From: Sphingobacterium thalpophilum
GTDB lineage: Bacteria; Bacteroidota; Bacteroidia; Chitinophagales; Chitinophagaceae
Assembly: GCA_945871875.1 (NCBI GenBank)
Contig: CAMBYC010000001.1
Location: 7,202-71,201 of the forward strand
DNA length: 64,000 nt
Reading direction: 5' to 3'
In this document: one piece after another, positions 21,346 through 30,462 of the stretch
How positions within the stretch are numbered: position 1 is the first letter of the stretch
Layout of the letters: each line of letters begins with the position of its first letter
Program-made: the position numbers and the translations under genes
The notes under the pieces: model-generated
What the model was told of the DNA's origin: nothing
Databases searched by the model: none
The model's input: only the letters and a program-made list of their open reading frames with translations

Positions 21346-21681
21346 TTAGCCAATTTTGGAACCATTTGGAGCTGGTTTATCGGGATTTAATAGGATTACA
21401 GCATTTTCAGAATCATAAATCCCTAATACTAAACATTCACTAAAAAAATTGGCTATTTGTTTAGGAGGGAAATTAACAACAGCAATAATTTGTTTGTTAA
21501 TTAATTGTTCAGGCAAATAATGAACCGTTATTTGTGCAGAAGATTGTTTAATTCCCAATTCCCCAAAATCAATTTGTAATTGATAAGCAGGTTTTTTTGC
21601 CTTTATAAAAGGAACAGCACTTATAATTGTCCCTAATCGTATATCAATTTTTTCAAAATCGTTCCAATTGATAAAATCCAT
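21346..21681 (-). CDS. tRNA-binding domain protein (CsaA/YgjH-like OB fold)
   Basis: 111 aa. The pattern IRLGTIISA...KKPAYQLQIDFGELG...SSAQIT is typical of stand-alone tRNA-binding domains. Confidence 0.8.
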   Translation of the reverse strand: MDFINWNDFEKIDIRLGTIISAVPFIKAKKPAYQLQIDFGELGIKQSSAQITVHYLPEQLINKQIIAVVNFPPKQIANFFSECLVLGIYDSENAVILLNPDKPAPNGSKIG

Positions 21682-21747
21682 AATTGTCTAAAAAATTATA
21701 ATTATGTTGTTGCTTAAATTTTTGAGAAAATTAAGCTAAAAAATAAT

Positions 21748-22608
21748 TTACTTGTACAATATTTTATCAAGCATTGCAGACATTTGTAACAATGTTGATT
21801 TGGTAGTCATTTCATGTTCTTTTTCAAAACACAAAGCAAGTTGATTGAATAGCAATTGAATGGTTTCGATATTTGTTAAAGAAGACGTTTTATTTAATTC
21901 AATTGTGTTCACTTTTGGATTAGAGGATGGGATAGTTTCATCAATTGTATATGAATTTCCATTAATTGGATTAATATAGAATAATGGTAAATCATGATGT
22001 TCTTTAAATGAATAACGCAGTATGGCTTCGCTTTTTGTGAAAATTAGCTCAATTGGAATTTCTAATGTTGTACAAATGATTTGATAAAATATTCCCATTA
22101 AAAGCCCATTACCTTTTTTATGTTGTAATAGTTGTGTAATTAAAAATCCATTGGGATTCTTATAATTTACATCTTGAATCTGGAATGCTTCAATTTGATA
22201 CAAGCTTTTATTGATAACGTTTATTTGTTCAAATGGAGTTAAGAAATCGTTTAATTCTAACCAAACATTGCGTTTAATAGTATTAATTTTTTTTTCAAGA
22301 ATACTTGTATCCAATAAAGGGTCTAAAATTTGATTCACAAGTAAAATGCCTTCCCAAATTGATTTTTCCTGAGTTTTTGCCCATTGGATGAGTTGGTTGG
22401 AAATGTAAGAAGTATTAATATGGTCTATTAATAATTTTGTTCTTTTTTGGACAATTTTATTAGGGTTTGTTTCTTGTAAAAAAATCAAATGGGGTAAGAT
22501 TTCTTTTCCCTGTTTTATTATGTTTGAGGCTACAAAACCATATACTTTTTCATCTTGATCATCAATCAATTGCATTAAAGAAAAAATATCTTTTTCATTT
22601 GATATCAT
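21748..22608 (-). CDS. hypothetical protein
   Basis: 286-aa ORF tightly packed 18 nt downstream of topA on the same strand. No catalytic motif recognised. Confidence 0.6.
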   Translation of the reverse strand: MISNEKDIFSLMQLIDDQDEKVYGFVASNIIKQGKEILPHLIFLQETNPNKIVQKRTKLLIDHINTSYISNQLIQWAKTQEKSIWEGILLVNQILDPLLDTSILEKKINTIKRNVWLELNDFLTPFEQINVINKSLYQIEAFQIQDVNYKNPNGFLITQLLQHKKGNGLLMGIFYQIICTTLEIPIELIFTKSEAILRYSFKEHHDLPLFYINPINGNSYTIDETIPSSNPKVNTIELNKTSSLTNIETIQLLFNQLALCFEKEHEMTTKSTLLQMSAMLDKILYK

Positions 22609-22626
22609 TGAACATTAAGTGATTTT

Positions 22627-24963
22627 TTAGCTTTTCTTCTTTCTTGAAGTTTTTTTAGGGGGATTTGCAATTGCATATTCAATCATATGTTTTACTTCAT
22701 CAATGCTTAAATCTGCTGCAGTTTCTTGTTGTTCTTTAGGAATTGGAAAGTTTTTGAGCCCTTTTTTGATATAAAGCCCATAAGGACCTTTCAAAATTTG
22801 AATTTTTTCTTTTTCGAAAACTTTTACTGTTCTTTCGTTTTTGGATTTTCGTTTTTCTTCAACAATCGGTATTGCTTCTTCTAAAGCAATAGCATAAGGG
22901 TCAAATTCTTTAGATAAAGAATAAAATTGTTTGTTGTGTGAAATATAAGGTCCAAATTTACCAATACTTACCAATACATCTTGATCTTCAAAAATACCTA
23001 GGTTGCGAGGTAATTTAAACAATTCCATTGCAGCTTCATAAGTTATGGTTTCAATGCTTTGGTCTTGTTTTAGTTTTGCAAAACGAGGTTTAATTTCGTC
23101 ATTTACATCACCAATTTGTACCATTGGTCCATATCTTCCCATTCGGGCAATTACCTTTTTGCCAGAAACTGGGTCAATACCTATTTCTCTTTCACCTTTA
23201 ATTCTTTCTGCTGTTTCCATGGTGTTGTCAACCTCAGATTTGAATGGGGTATAAAAATCACCTACCATAGAATTCCACTTCATTTTGCCATGAGCTATTT
23301 CATCAAAGTTTCCTTCAATTTTAGCTGTGAAGCCATAATCCATTACATTTTCAAAATGCTGAATAAGGAAATCTGTAACTACCAAGCCCAAATCGCTAGG
23401 AAAAAGTTTCGACTTTTCAGCACCCGTTGTTTCTGTTTCTTGTTTTTTCTTTATTACATCGTTTACCATTGATAAAACTTGGTAGATTCTTTGAATACCT
23501 TCTTTATCTCTTTTTTCGACGTATGTTCTTTTTAAAATTGTAGAAATAGTAGGAGCGTAAGTAGAAGGTCTTCCTATGCCAAGTTCTTCTAGTTTTTTTA
23601 CCAAAGATGCTTCTGTATATCTTGCAGGGGGTCTTGTAAATCCTTCTGTAGCAATCATTTCTTTAAGGGTTAATGATTGTCCAACTACCAATGGAGGAAG
23701 CATGCCTTCTTCATTGTCTTCTTCCTCATCATCATCTTTTCCTTCTCTATATACCTTCAAAAACCCTTCAAATTTCAAAACTTCACCTTGTGCAGTTAAG
23801 TTTTCACCATTGTTGCTAATGCTTATTTTGGCAATAGTTTTCTCTAATTCTGCATCAGCCATCTGCGATGCCATGGTTCTTTTCCAAATAAGCTCATAAA
23901 GTTTTTGACCATCTGCAATATCAATTTTAGATTGATTCATATAGGTTGGTCTAATTGCTTCGTGTGCTTCTTGAGCCGATTCATTTTTGTTTTTAAACTT
24001 TCTTATTTGTACAAATTGCTTTCCATAAGCACTATTAATTTGTGCAGTAATATCATTTATTGCTGTTTCTCCAAGACTAACACTATCTGTACGCATATAA
24101 GTAATATGCCCAGCTTCGTATAGTTTTTGAGCCAACAACATTGTTTTGCTAACACCATATCCCAATTTTCTACTTGCTTCTTGTTGCAATGTAGATGTTG
24201 TAAATGGAGCCGCAGGCGTTTTTTTGGCAGGTTTCACCTGTATATCTGCTACCTTATAAATTGAGCCTTTGCAACTTTCAAGAAATTTTTCAGCCCCACT
24301 AGCATCGGCGTATTTAGCTCCCTCAGCCTTAAATGCTATTGCCTTTTGATTTACATCTTTACCTGTAAATAGTGCAGTTATCCTAAATGAACTTGCTGAA
24401 TTAAAAACATTGATTTCTCTCTCTCTTTCAACTATAATTCTAACAGCAACACTTTGTACTCTTCCAGCACTCAAATTGCTGCGCATGCTCATTTTTCTCC
24501 ACAAAATAGGAGACAATTCAAACCCCACGATTCTATCTAAAACTCGTCTTGCTTGTTGAGCATTGACTAAGTTTAAGTCTAATAATCTCGGATTTTGTAC
24601 AGCTTTTTGAATTGCTGGTTTTGTAATTTCATGAAATACAATTCTTTTTGTTTTTGCAGCATCCAATCCTAAAACTTCACACAAATGCCAACTTATAGCT
24701 TCTCCCTCACGGTCCTCATCCGTTGCTAGCCATACCTCTCCAGATTTTTTTGCAAGTTGTTTTAACTCTTTTACCACCTTTTGCTTGTCTTCAGGAACAA
24801 TATATCTTGGCAAAAAATTGTTCTTGATATCAATACCCATATCATCTTTTTCTAGGTCTCGAATATGACCAAAACAACTCTTTACCTCGAAATCTTCACC
24901 TAGAATTTTTTCAATGGTTTTAGCTTTTGCTGGCGACTCTACTATTAATAAATTTTTGGCCAT
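22627..24963 (-). CDS. topA: DNA topoisomerase I
   Basis: TOPRIM N-terminus (LLIVESPAKAKTIEK, ATDEDREGEAI). Active-site Tyr region (GHITYMRTDS). Length is 778 aa. Confidence 0.95.
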   Translation of the reverse strand: MAKNLLIVESPAKAKTIEKILGEDFEVKSCFGHIRDLEKDDMGIDIKNNFLPRYIVPEDKQKVVKELKQLAKKSGEVWLATDEDREGEAISWHLCEVLGLDAAKTKRIVFHEITKPAIQKAVQNPRLLDLNLVNAQQARRVLDRIVGFELSPILWRKMSMRSNLSAGRVQSVAVRIIVEREREINVFNSASSFRITALFTGKDVNQKAIAFKAEGAKYADASGAEKFLESCKGSIYKVADIQVKPAKKTPAAPFTTSTLQQEASRKLGYGVSKTMLLAQKLYEAGHITYMRTDSVSLGETAINDITAQINSAYGKQFVQIRKFKNKNESAQEAHEAIRPTYMNQSKIDIADGQKLYELIWKRTMASQMADAELEKTIAKISISNNGENLTAQGEVLKFEGFLKVYREGKDDDEEEDNEEGMLPPLVVGQSLTLKEMIATEGFTRPPARYTEASLVKKLEELGIGRPSTYAPTISTILKRTYVEKRDKEGIQRIYQVLSMVNDVIKKKQETETTGAEKSKLFPSDLGLVVTDFLIQHFENVMDYGFTAKIEGNFDEIAHGKMKWNSMVGDFYTPFKSEVDNTMETAERIKGEREIGIDPVSGKKVIARMGRYGPMVQIGDVNDEIKPRFAKLKQDQSIETITYEAAMELFKLPRNLGIFEDQDVLVSIGKFGPYISHNKQFYSLSKEFDPYAIALEEAIPIVEEKRKSKNERTVKVFEKEKIQILKGPYGLYIKKGLKNFPIPKEQQETAADLSIDEVKHMIEYAIANPPKKTSRKKKS

Positions 24964-25132
24964 GTCTTTATTTGGGGGTTAAGCCTGTTCGTTTTTCAAA
25001 GGGTTTAAAGCATTAAATAATTGCATTACAATTGCTTAATTCTTTCCAAATTTGCTATCCCATTGCAATAATACACTTTTGTATCAAATTACAATATAGG
25101 ATAACACCATTCATTTTATAGAAAAATACGTT

Positions 25133-25975
25133 TTATAAAAAGGAAATCACCTTTTTTCTTACCTTATTGTCTCTATAAATTCTTCTATGTCCTAATCCTT
25201 GAGTTATCATAAACTCTATATTTGAATGGTTATCTGTTATTACTTTTTTTACATCTGCAATTGGAGTAATATTATCTTCTTCATCATGAATCCATAAAAC
25301 AGAAGCCTTAATATTATGCATTGCTCTTCTTGCAGAATAATAAGAAGGATATTGACCAGATAAATCAAAAATCAATTGATCAAAAGCTTTTCTTAAACGT
25401 TTACTGAGTTTTAAAAAGCTAAAATATCCGTCTATAGCACTTGTTGTCTCTGTTGCTGGTGCCAATAAAACTGCTTTTGTATTTTCTTGATCTTTTGAAG
25501 ATTCTAAATATAAAGTTATCGCCAATCCACCAAATGAATGTCCTAACATAAAATTAAAACCACCATATTTATTTTCAATTTCTTTAATTAGAGCGGTGTA
25601 TTCAACTATATTAACAGTTTTTCCTTCGCTCATGCCATGTGCCTGGGCATCAAAAGCCAACACTTCATAACCAGCTTTAATTCCTTCTACAATATAAAAA
25701 TCAAAGTTCACCATTGAAGATTCAAAACCATGCAGCACCAACATTCTTTTGGATTTGCCTAAATTCCACCTATATCCAACAATGCGTATATTTTGAAAAA
25801 TAAGCTCAAGCTTTTCCGCCTCATTAAATATGGCTGTAGGTGCTTTACTATTTCTGATTTTTGGGGTACAAAAAAATACAAATGCTTTTTTTGCAGCCCA
25901 AGAAACTGAAAAGAACGATAAAATTGTAAATTTTAAACGTAAATAAATTATTGTAAATTTTTGAATAAATTTCAT
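25133..25975 (-). CDS. alpha/beta-fold hydrolase
   Basis: Nucleophile elbow GHSFGG, an N-terminal hydrophobic segment, and a C-terminal GLGHRR His region. Confidence 0.8.
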   Translation of the reverse strand: MKFIQKFTIIYLRLKFTILSFFSVSWAAKKAFVFFCTPKIRNSKAPTAIFNEAEKLELIFQNIRIVGYRWNLGKSKRMLVLHGFESSMVNFDFYIVEGIKAGYEVLAFDAQAHGMSEGKTVNIVEYTALIKEIENKYGGFNFMLGHSFGGLAITLYLESSKDQENTKAVLLAPATETTSAIDGYFSFLKLSKRLRKAFDQLIFDLSGQYPSYYSARRAMHNIKASVLWIHDEEDNITPIADVKKVITDNHSNIEFMITQGLGHRRIYRDNKVRKKVISFL

Positions 25976-26055
25976 TGTCTAAATTTCGCAAATATATACT
26001 CTTAATGAATGTAATTGCTATTGGTTCTTCAAATAATGTACTTTATTCTAATTAG
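25905..26055. repeat. copy A of a ~150-bp direct duplication (functional hydrolase start plus relic of the DUF2520 gene start)
   Basis: Hand alignment with 26191-26341 at a constant +286 offset. It includes the identical 16-mer TTTCGCAAATATATAC (25984-25999 vs 26270-26285). Confidence 0.75.
25989..25996 (-). promoter_or_regulatory. -7 box TATATTTG for the hydrolase gene, within a bidirectional promoter core
   Basis: The minus strand reads GTATATATTTGCGAAA, an exact TAnnTTTG match 14 nt upstream of the ATG at 25975. The plus strand has the near-box TAAATTTC. Confidence 0.45.
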
Positions 26056-26190
26056 AATCGATATAAATAATTTTTGAATCTTGACAGTCAAACTTTAAAA
26101 TTTCTGCATATAAAAAAATGATGTTTAATTATTTCTGTTTTTACATTGATATTTAAACCTTACTACAGATGCATTTTATATACTCGCTAA

Positions 26191-26341
26191 GTTACGAAGC
26201 AGGATAAAATTGTATGTTTTAATCACAAATACAATTTCGTAATTTTTAAAATAAATTTCATTGCCTATCTTTCGCAAATATATACCTGAAATGGATGTAG
26301 TTATAATCGGTTCTGGAAATATTGCACAATATTTGTGCGAA
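26191..26341. repeat. copy B of the duplication (relic hydrolase start plus functional DUF2520 gene start)
   Basis: Roughly three quarters of positions are identical to copy A with no indels. The relic minus-strand mini-ORF MKFILKITKLYL* compares with MKFIQKFTIIYL of the real gene. Confidence 0.75.
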
Positions 26342-27070
26342 AAATGCCATGTTGTTGGGCATAAAGTGCTTCAAATTGTAGCAAGAAATTCCAAAAGAGG
26401 GAATTTATTGGCTGAGATTGGTAATTCTTCCTTTTCAGATGATTATAATTCTATTAGTAGAAATGCAAATATTTATATTATTGCGGTTAGTGACAGTGCA
26501 ATTGCAAATGTTGCAGCGTATATTAAGCCTATTAATGGATTAGTTTTACATACTGCAGGAAATGTTTCGAAAGATGTTTTGCAAATTTGTAGCAATAACT
26601 ATGGAGTACTCTATCCATTGCAATCAATTGTTTCTTCAAGTATAATTAATAAGGATTTTCCTTTTTTGATTGATTCAAATTCAGTTGAAAACCTTCTCCA
26701 TCTAAAACTTTTTGCTCAATCTTTATCTAATAATATTTTTGAGGCAAATGATGAATATCGGCAAAATATTCAATTAGCAGCCGTCATTGCAAATAATTTC
26801 ACAAATCATTTATTTACATTAACTCACCAATTTTGTAAAGAGCATCAAGTAAGTTTTGATTTGTTATTTCCATTGTTAGAAGAAACTGTTCATCGTTTAA
26901 AATTTGCAGAACCTTCAATTTGGCAAACTGGTCCAGCTATTAGAAACGACAATACAACCATATCTAAGCACATAGAAATTTTAAAAGACAACAAATCATT
27001 ACAAAATATTTATACTACAATGACAGAATCGATCCAGTCTTTATATAAAACTAAAAACAATAATTTATGA
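26291..27070 (+). CDS. Rossmann-fold protein, DUF2520-like (predicted oxidoreductase)
   Basis: ATG at 26291 (MDVVIIGSGNIAQYL dinucleotide-binding motif); the tracked TTG at 26261 is unlikely. Its stop overlaps the next start (ATGA at 27067). Confidence 0.72.
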   Translation: MDVVIIGSGNIAQYLCEKCHVVGHKVLQIVARNSKRGNLLAEIGNSSFSDDYNSISRNANIYIIAVSDSAIANVAAYIKPINGLVLHTAGNVSKDVLQICSNNYGVLYPLQSIVSSSIINKDFPFLIDSNSVENLLHLKLFAQSLSNNIFEANDEYRQNIQLAAVIANNFTNHLFTLTHQFCKEHQVSFDLLFPLLEETVHRLKFAEPSIWQTGPAIRNDNTTISKHIEILKDNKSLQNIYTTMTESIQSLYKTKNNNL

Positions 27071-27588
27071 ATGTTCTTGAGAGATTTTCATCCATAAATA
27101 CTTTAATTTTTGATATGGATGGGGTGCTTACGGATGGAAGCTTATGGGTTTTTCCCGGAAATGAATGGGTTCGAAAGATGAATGTAAAAGATGGATATGC
27201 ACTTCAATTGGCGGTTAAGCTGGGTTATACTGTGATGATAGTTTCTGGTTCTTCATCAACTTCTGTAGCAGATCGATTAGAAAAATTAGGCATCAATAAT
27301 ATCTATCAAAAAGTATCAAACAAGAAAGCATTTGTAATTGATTTATTGGAGAAATTGGGTAAATCTGCCGAGGAAGTATTGTTTATGGGAGATGATAATC
27401 CTGATTTACCTTTATTGCAGTGGGTAGGGTTATCTTGTTGCCCATCTGATGCTGTTAGAGATGTAATTGAGAAAGCTAATTTTATCACTTTAACAAAGGG
27501 GGGAGAGGGCTGTGTAAGAGAGGTAATTGAAAAATTACTGCGATTGCAGCAAAAATGGAACAATGATTTAGAGGTTGCAAGCACTTGA
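27067..27588 (+). CDS. kdsC: HAD-IIIA phosphatase, KdsC-like (KDO 8-phosphate phosphatase family)
   Basis: HAD motif I FDMDGVLTDG and motif IV GDDNPD. The 173-aa size is typical of KdsC. Confidence 0.78.
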   Translation: MNVLERFSSINTLIFDMDGVLTDGSLWVFPGNEWVRKMNVKDGYALQLAVKLGYTVMIVSGSSSTSVADRLEKLGINNIYQKVSNKKAFVIDLLEKLGKSAEEVLFMGDDNPDLPLLQWVGLSCCPSDAVRDVIEKANFITLTKGGEGCVREVIEKLLRLQQKWNNDLEVAST

Positions 27589-27605
27589 TATATTAATTTC
27601 ACATT

Positions 27606-28553
27606 ATGAAGCAGATTATAGCTTTTTTTAGATTGATAAGATTTCAAAATTTATTTTTTATTGCACTTACGCAGTTGTTGTTTTATTACTGTATTATTTT
27701 GCCTTTATCTACAAATGGCAAAGCTATATTTACATTTGACAATTTTGTAATAACACAAATCATAATCGCATCAGTCTGTATTGCAGCTGCGGGATATATT
27801 ATTAATGATTATTTTGATTTAAATATTGATAGAGTAAATAAACCAAAAAAATTAGTAATCGAAACAGTTATTAGTAGGCGTTGGGCAATTTTTTGGCACC
27901 TATTTTTATCTGCAATTGGAATTGTATTTACGGGGTTAATTTCTTCAAAAATTCACAATCCATTCCTTACTTTCTACAATATTGTTGCTGTTTTGTTGCT
28001 TTGGTTTTATTCAACATCATATAAAAAGCAATTGTTGACAGGCAACATAATTATTTCATTGCTAACAAGTTGGGTTATTGTAGTTCTTTATGTAATAATA
28101 CAACCTTTGATGTTTCTAAATAGCAATGTTGCAAATTTTAGTTTTGCTTCTACAATATTTAAATTTACTGCGCTTTATGCTGGATTTTCATTTATCATTT
28201 CAATTATTCGAGAAGTAGTAAAAGATTTGGAAGATAGAATGGGAGATGAGAAGTATGGTTGTAAAACAATGCCAATTGTATGGGGTGTACAAGCAAGCAA
28301 AGTATTTATTATGGTATGGTTTATTGTATTGATTGCAGCATTGTTGATTGTGCAAATTTATGCCATACAATTAACATGGTGGTGGGCTGCTTTATACGGA
28401 TTTTTATTTACGATTTTACCTCTAATAATTGCTGTTAGAATTTTAATAAAGGCAGAAAATCCATCAGATTATCATAAAGTAAGCAGTCTTATAAAATGGA
28501 TTATGTTGTCTGGTATTTTATCTATGATGTTCATTAAGTGGTATGTGCTATGA
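27606..28553 (+). CDS. UbiA-family aromatic/polyprenyl transferase (DGGGP-synthase-like)
   Basis: First Asp-rich motif NDYFDLNIDRVNKP and second motif KDLEDRMGDEKYG. About 8 TM helices. Confidence 0.85.
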   Translation: MKQIIAFFRLIRFQNLFFIALTQLLFYYCIILPLSTNGKAIFTFDNFVITQIIIASVCIAAAGYIINDYFDLNIDRVNKPKKLVIETVISRRWAIFWHLFLSAIGIVFTGLISSKIHNPFLTFYNIVAVLLLWFYSTSYKKQLLTGNIIISLLTSWVIVVLYVIIQPLMFLNSNVANFSFASTIFKFTALYAGFSFIISIIREVVKDLEDRMGDEKYGCKTMPIVWGVQASKVFIMVWFIVLIAALLIVQIYAIQLTWWWAALYGFLFTILPLIIAVRILIKAENPSDYHKVSSLIKWIMLSGILSMMFIKWYVL

Positions 28554-29131
28554 AAAAAATTATTTTAGCTTCTCAATCTCCTCGTAGAAAGCAACTTTTA
28601 GAATGGGCTGAAATTGAATTTGATGTAATTGTTAGTTTTCTTGATGAAGTTTATCCACCACATATTCCAATTGATGAAGTTCCAGTTTATATAGCCAAAC
28701 AAAAGGCAATAGCTGTAAAATCATTACCTGTTTACAGTCATTATGATGCTGGAATGCCTATTCTTGCTGCTGATACAACAGTAATAGTAGATAACGAGAT
28801 TTTAAACAAACCATCAGATCGATCTGTTGCCATTGAATATCTAAACCGATTATCAGGAAAAAAACATAAAGTTGTAACTGGTGTTGTAATTTTAACAGGC
28901 GACAAAGAAATTAGTTTTTCAGAAACTACAGAAGTTGTTTTTCATGATATTTGTAAAGAAGATATTGAATATTATGTAGACCAATATAAGCCATTCGATA
29001 AGGCAGGAGGTTATGCAATCCAAGAATGGATAGGAATTATTGGCATAAAAGGAATTTATGGTGATTTTTATAATGTAATGGGGCTTCCAGTTAGTAGAGT
29101 TGTCCGTGCTTTACACAGTTTACAATTGTAG
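28550..29131 (+). CDS. maf: Maf-family nucleoside-triphosphate pyrophosphatase
   Basis: ATG at 28550 overlaps the UbiA stop (ATGA). Motifs ILASQSPRRKQLL, LAADTTV and KAGGYAIQE. Confidence 0.9.
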   Translation: MKKIILASQSPRRKQLLEWAEIEFDVIVSFLDEVYPPHIPIDEVPVYIAKQKAIAVKSLPVYSHYDAGMPILAADTTVIVDNEILNKPSDRSVAIEYLNRLSGKKHKVVTGVVILTGDKEISFSETTEVVFHDICKEDIEYYVDQYKPFDKAGGYAIQEWIGIIGIKGIYGDFYNVMGLPVSRVVRALHSLQL

Positions 29132-29196
29132 ATTTTCTATCAAATTTATAGTTATAATACCTTTTTAGAGGAATCAAATATTTGTTTTTTTGTTGA

Positions 29197-30462
29197 ATGA
29201 ATGAAAAATTGTTGAGTTTCATCTGGCAGCAACAGTATTTTAATAAGTTTGATTTGAAGACAGTAGAAGGTGAATCTTTGGAAGTTGTATTTCCGGGTAC
29301 TCTGAACACAAACCAGGGACCTGATTTTTTGGAAGCAACCATTAAAATTGGAAAACATATATGGTCTGGAGCTGTAGAATTACATGTGGTAACATCCGAT
29401 TGGGATGTTCATGGACACCAGCACGACAAAAATTATAAGAACGTTGTATTGCATGTAGTTTGGCGAAATAACTTATTTTCTGTTGATAGCTTACCTTTAT
29501 TGGAATTAGAGCCTCGGGTTCCATCACATTTACTTAATAAATATGTTGCATGGATGGATCGAAAAACTTTTATTCCATGTTCTAATGAATTAAGATTGAT
29601 GGATAGCCGAATTGTGGACAATTGGTTTCATTGGGTAAGTGGTATTTGGATCGATGAAAAACAAAAGGCAGTTTTGGAATTGGTGGGGAAGTGTAACTTT
29701 GATTGGGAAGAAGCCTTTTGGCAGGCGATAGCAAAAAATTTTGGATATAGGGTAAATGGGGATTCTTTTGCCCAGCTTGCAGCATCCATTCCAGTTAAAA
29801 TTTTATACAAGCACCATCATAATTTGCCGCAATTGGAAGCATTATTATTTGGTCAATCAAATTTACTATATAATCGAACTGAAGAAGATTATCCAAAGAT
29901 GTTGGAGAAAGAGTATCAATTTTTACAATCAAAGTATCGGTTAATGCCCATAAATCAACCTATTTTTTTTCATCGTATGCGGCCAGGAAATTTTCCAACA
30001 ATACGTTTGGCACAATTGGCAGCTTTATTTCATCAAACATCTCCATTGTTTGCAAGAATTTTATCTATTAAGCAACTTAGTGGGTTGAAAATGCTAATTG
30101 GTGTTACAGCGAATGACTTTTGGCACTATCATTATAGATTTGAAGAATCAACAACATATAAAATTAAAACTGCAGGCAACCAATTGGTTGATTCGGTCAT
30201 CATTAATACGGTAATTCCTTTTTTAATAGCGTATGGAAAATCCAACAATAACATTGAATTTGTGCAAAGGGCAGAAGAGTGGTTGGGGAAAATGCCTCCA
30301 GAATCCAATTCAATAACCTTAGGGTTTAATGAATTGGGAATTTATGGTAAAAACGCAGCCCAAGCCCAAGCAATGATGTACAATAAAAAAAATTATTGTA
30401 AACCATTGCGTTGCTTAGATTGCGGAATAGGTAAATATATTCTTAAAAAAAATGGGAATTAA
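29197..30462 (+). CDS. DUF2851-like conserved hypothetical protein
   Basis: 421 aa. The N-terminal block EKLLSFIWQQQYF...NTNQGPDFLEA...AVELHV...SDWDVHGH and a C-terminal Cys cluster (CKPLRCLDCGIG) fit the family. The family assignment is from memory. Confidence 0.7.
   Translation: MNEKLLSFIWQQQYFNKFDLKTVEGESLEVVFPGTLNTNQGPDFLEATIKIGKHIWSGAVELHVVTSDWDVHGHQHDKNYKNVVLHVVWRNNLFSVDSLPLLELEPRVPSHLLNKYVAWMDRKTFIPCSNELRLMDSRIVDNWFHWVSGIWIDEKQKAVLELVGKCNFDWEEAFWQAIAKNFGYRVNGDSFAQLAASIPVKILYKHHHNLPQLEALLFGQSNLLYNRTEEDYPKMLEKEYQFLQSKYRLMPINQPIFFHRMRPGNFPTIRLAQLAALFHQTSPLFARILSIKQLSGLKMLIGVTANDFWHYHYRFEESTTYKIKTAGNQLVDSVIINTVIPFLIAYGKSNNNIEFVQRAEEWLGKMPPESNSITLGFNELGIYGKNAAQAQAMMYNKKNYCKPLRCLDCGIGKYILKKNGN

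Noticed and set aside
26005-26055. A 16-codon plus-strand mini-ORF (MNVIAIGSSNNVLYSN) and its minus-strand counterpart at 26223-26261 (MKFILKITKLYL).
   Set aside because: I read them as decayed stubs produced by the promoter-region duplication, not as independent small genes.
26261-26290. Upstream-extended starts proposed by the ORF track. Examples are TTG 26261, TTG 3924, TTG 31731, GTG 28538, 32620, 41484, 17069, 48600 and 10237.
   Set aside because: In each case an in-frame ATG further in gives a proper signal peptide or a conserved N-terminus, and it removes an overlap with the upstream gene. I used the ATG coordinates.
29091-29944. A cluster of 60-83 aa ORFs on both strands around the start and interior of the DUF2851-like gene.
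   Set aside because: All overlap the 421-aa ORF, which has a coherent conserved-looking sequence. None has an independent signal.
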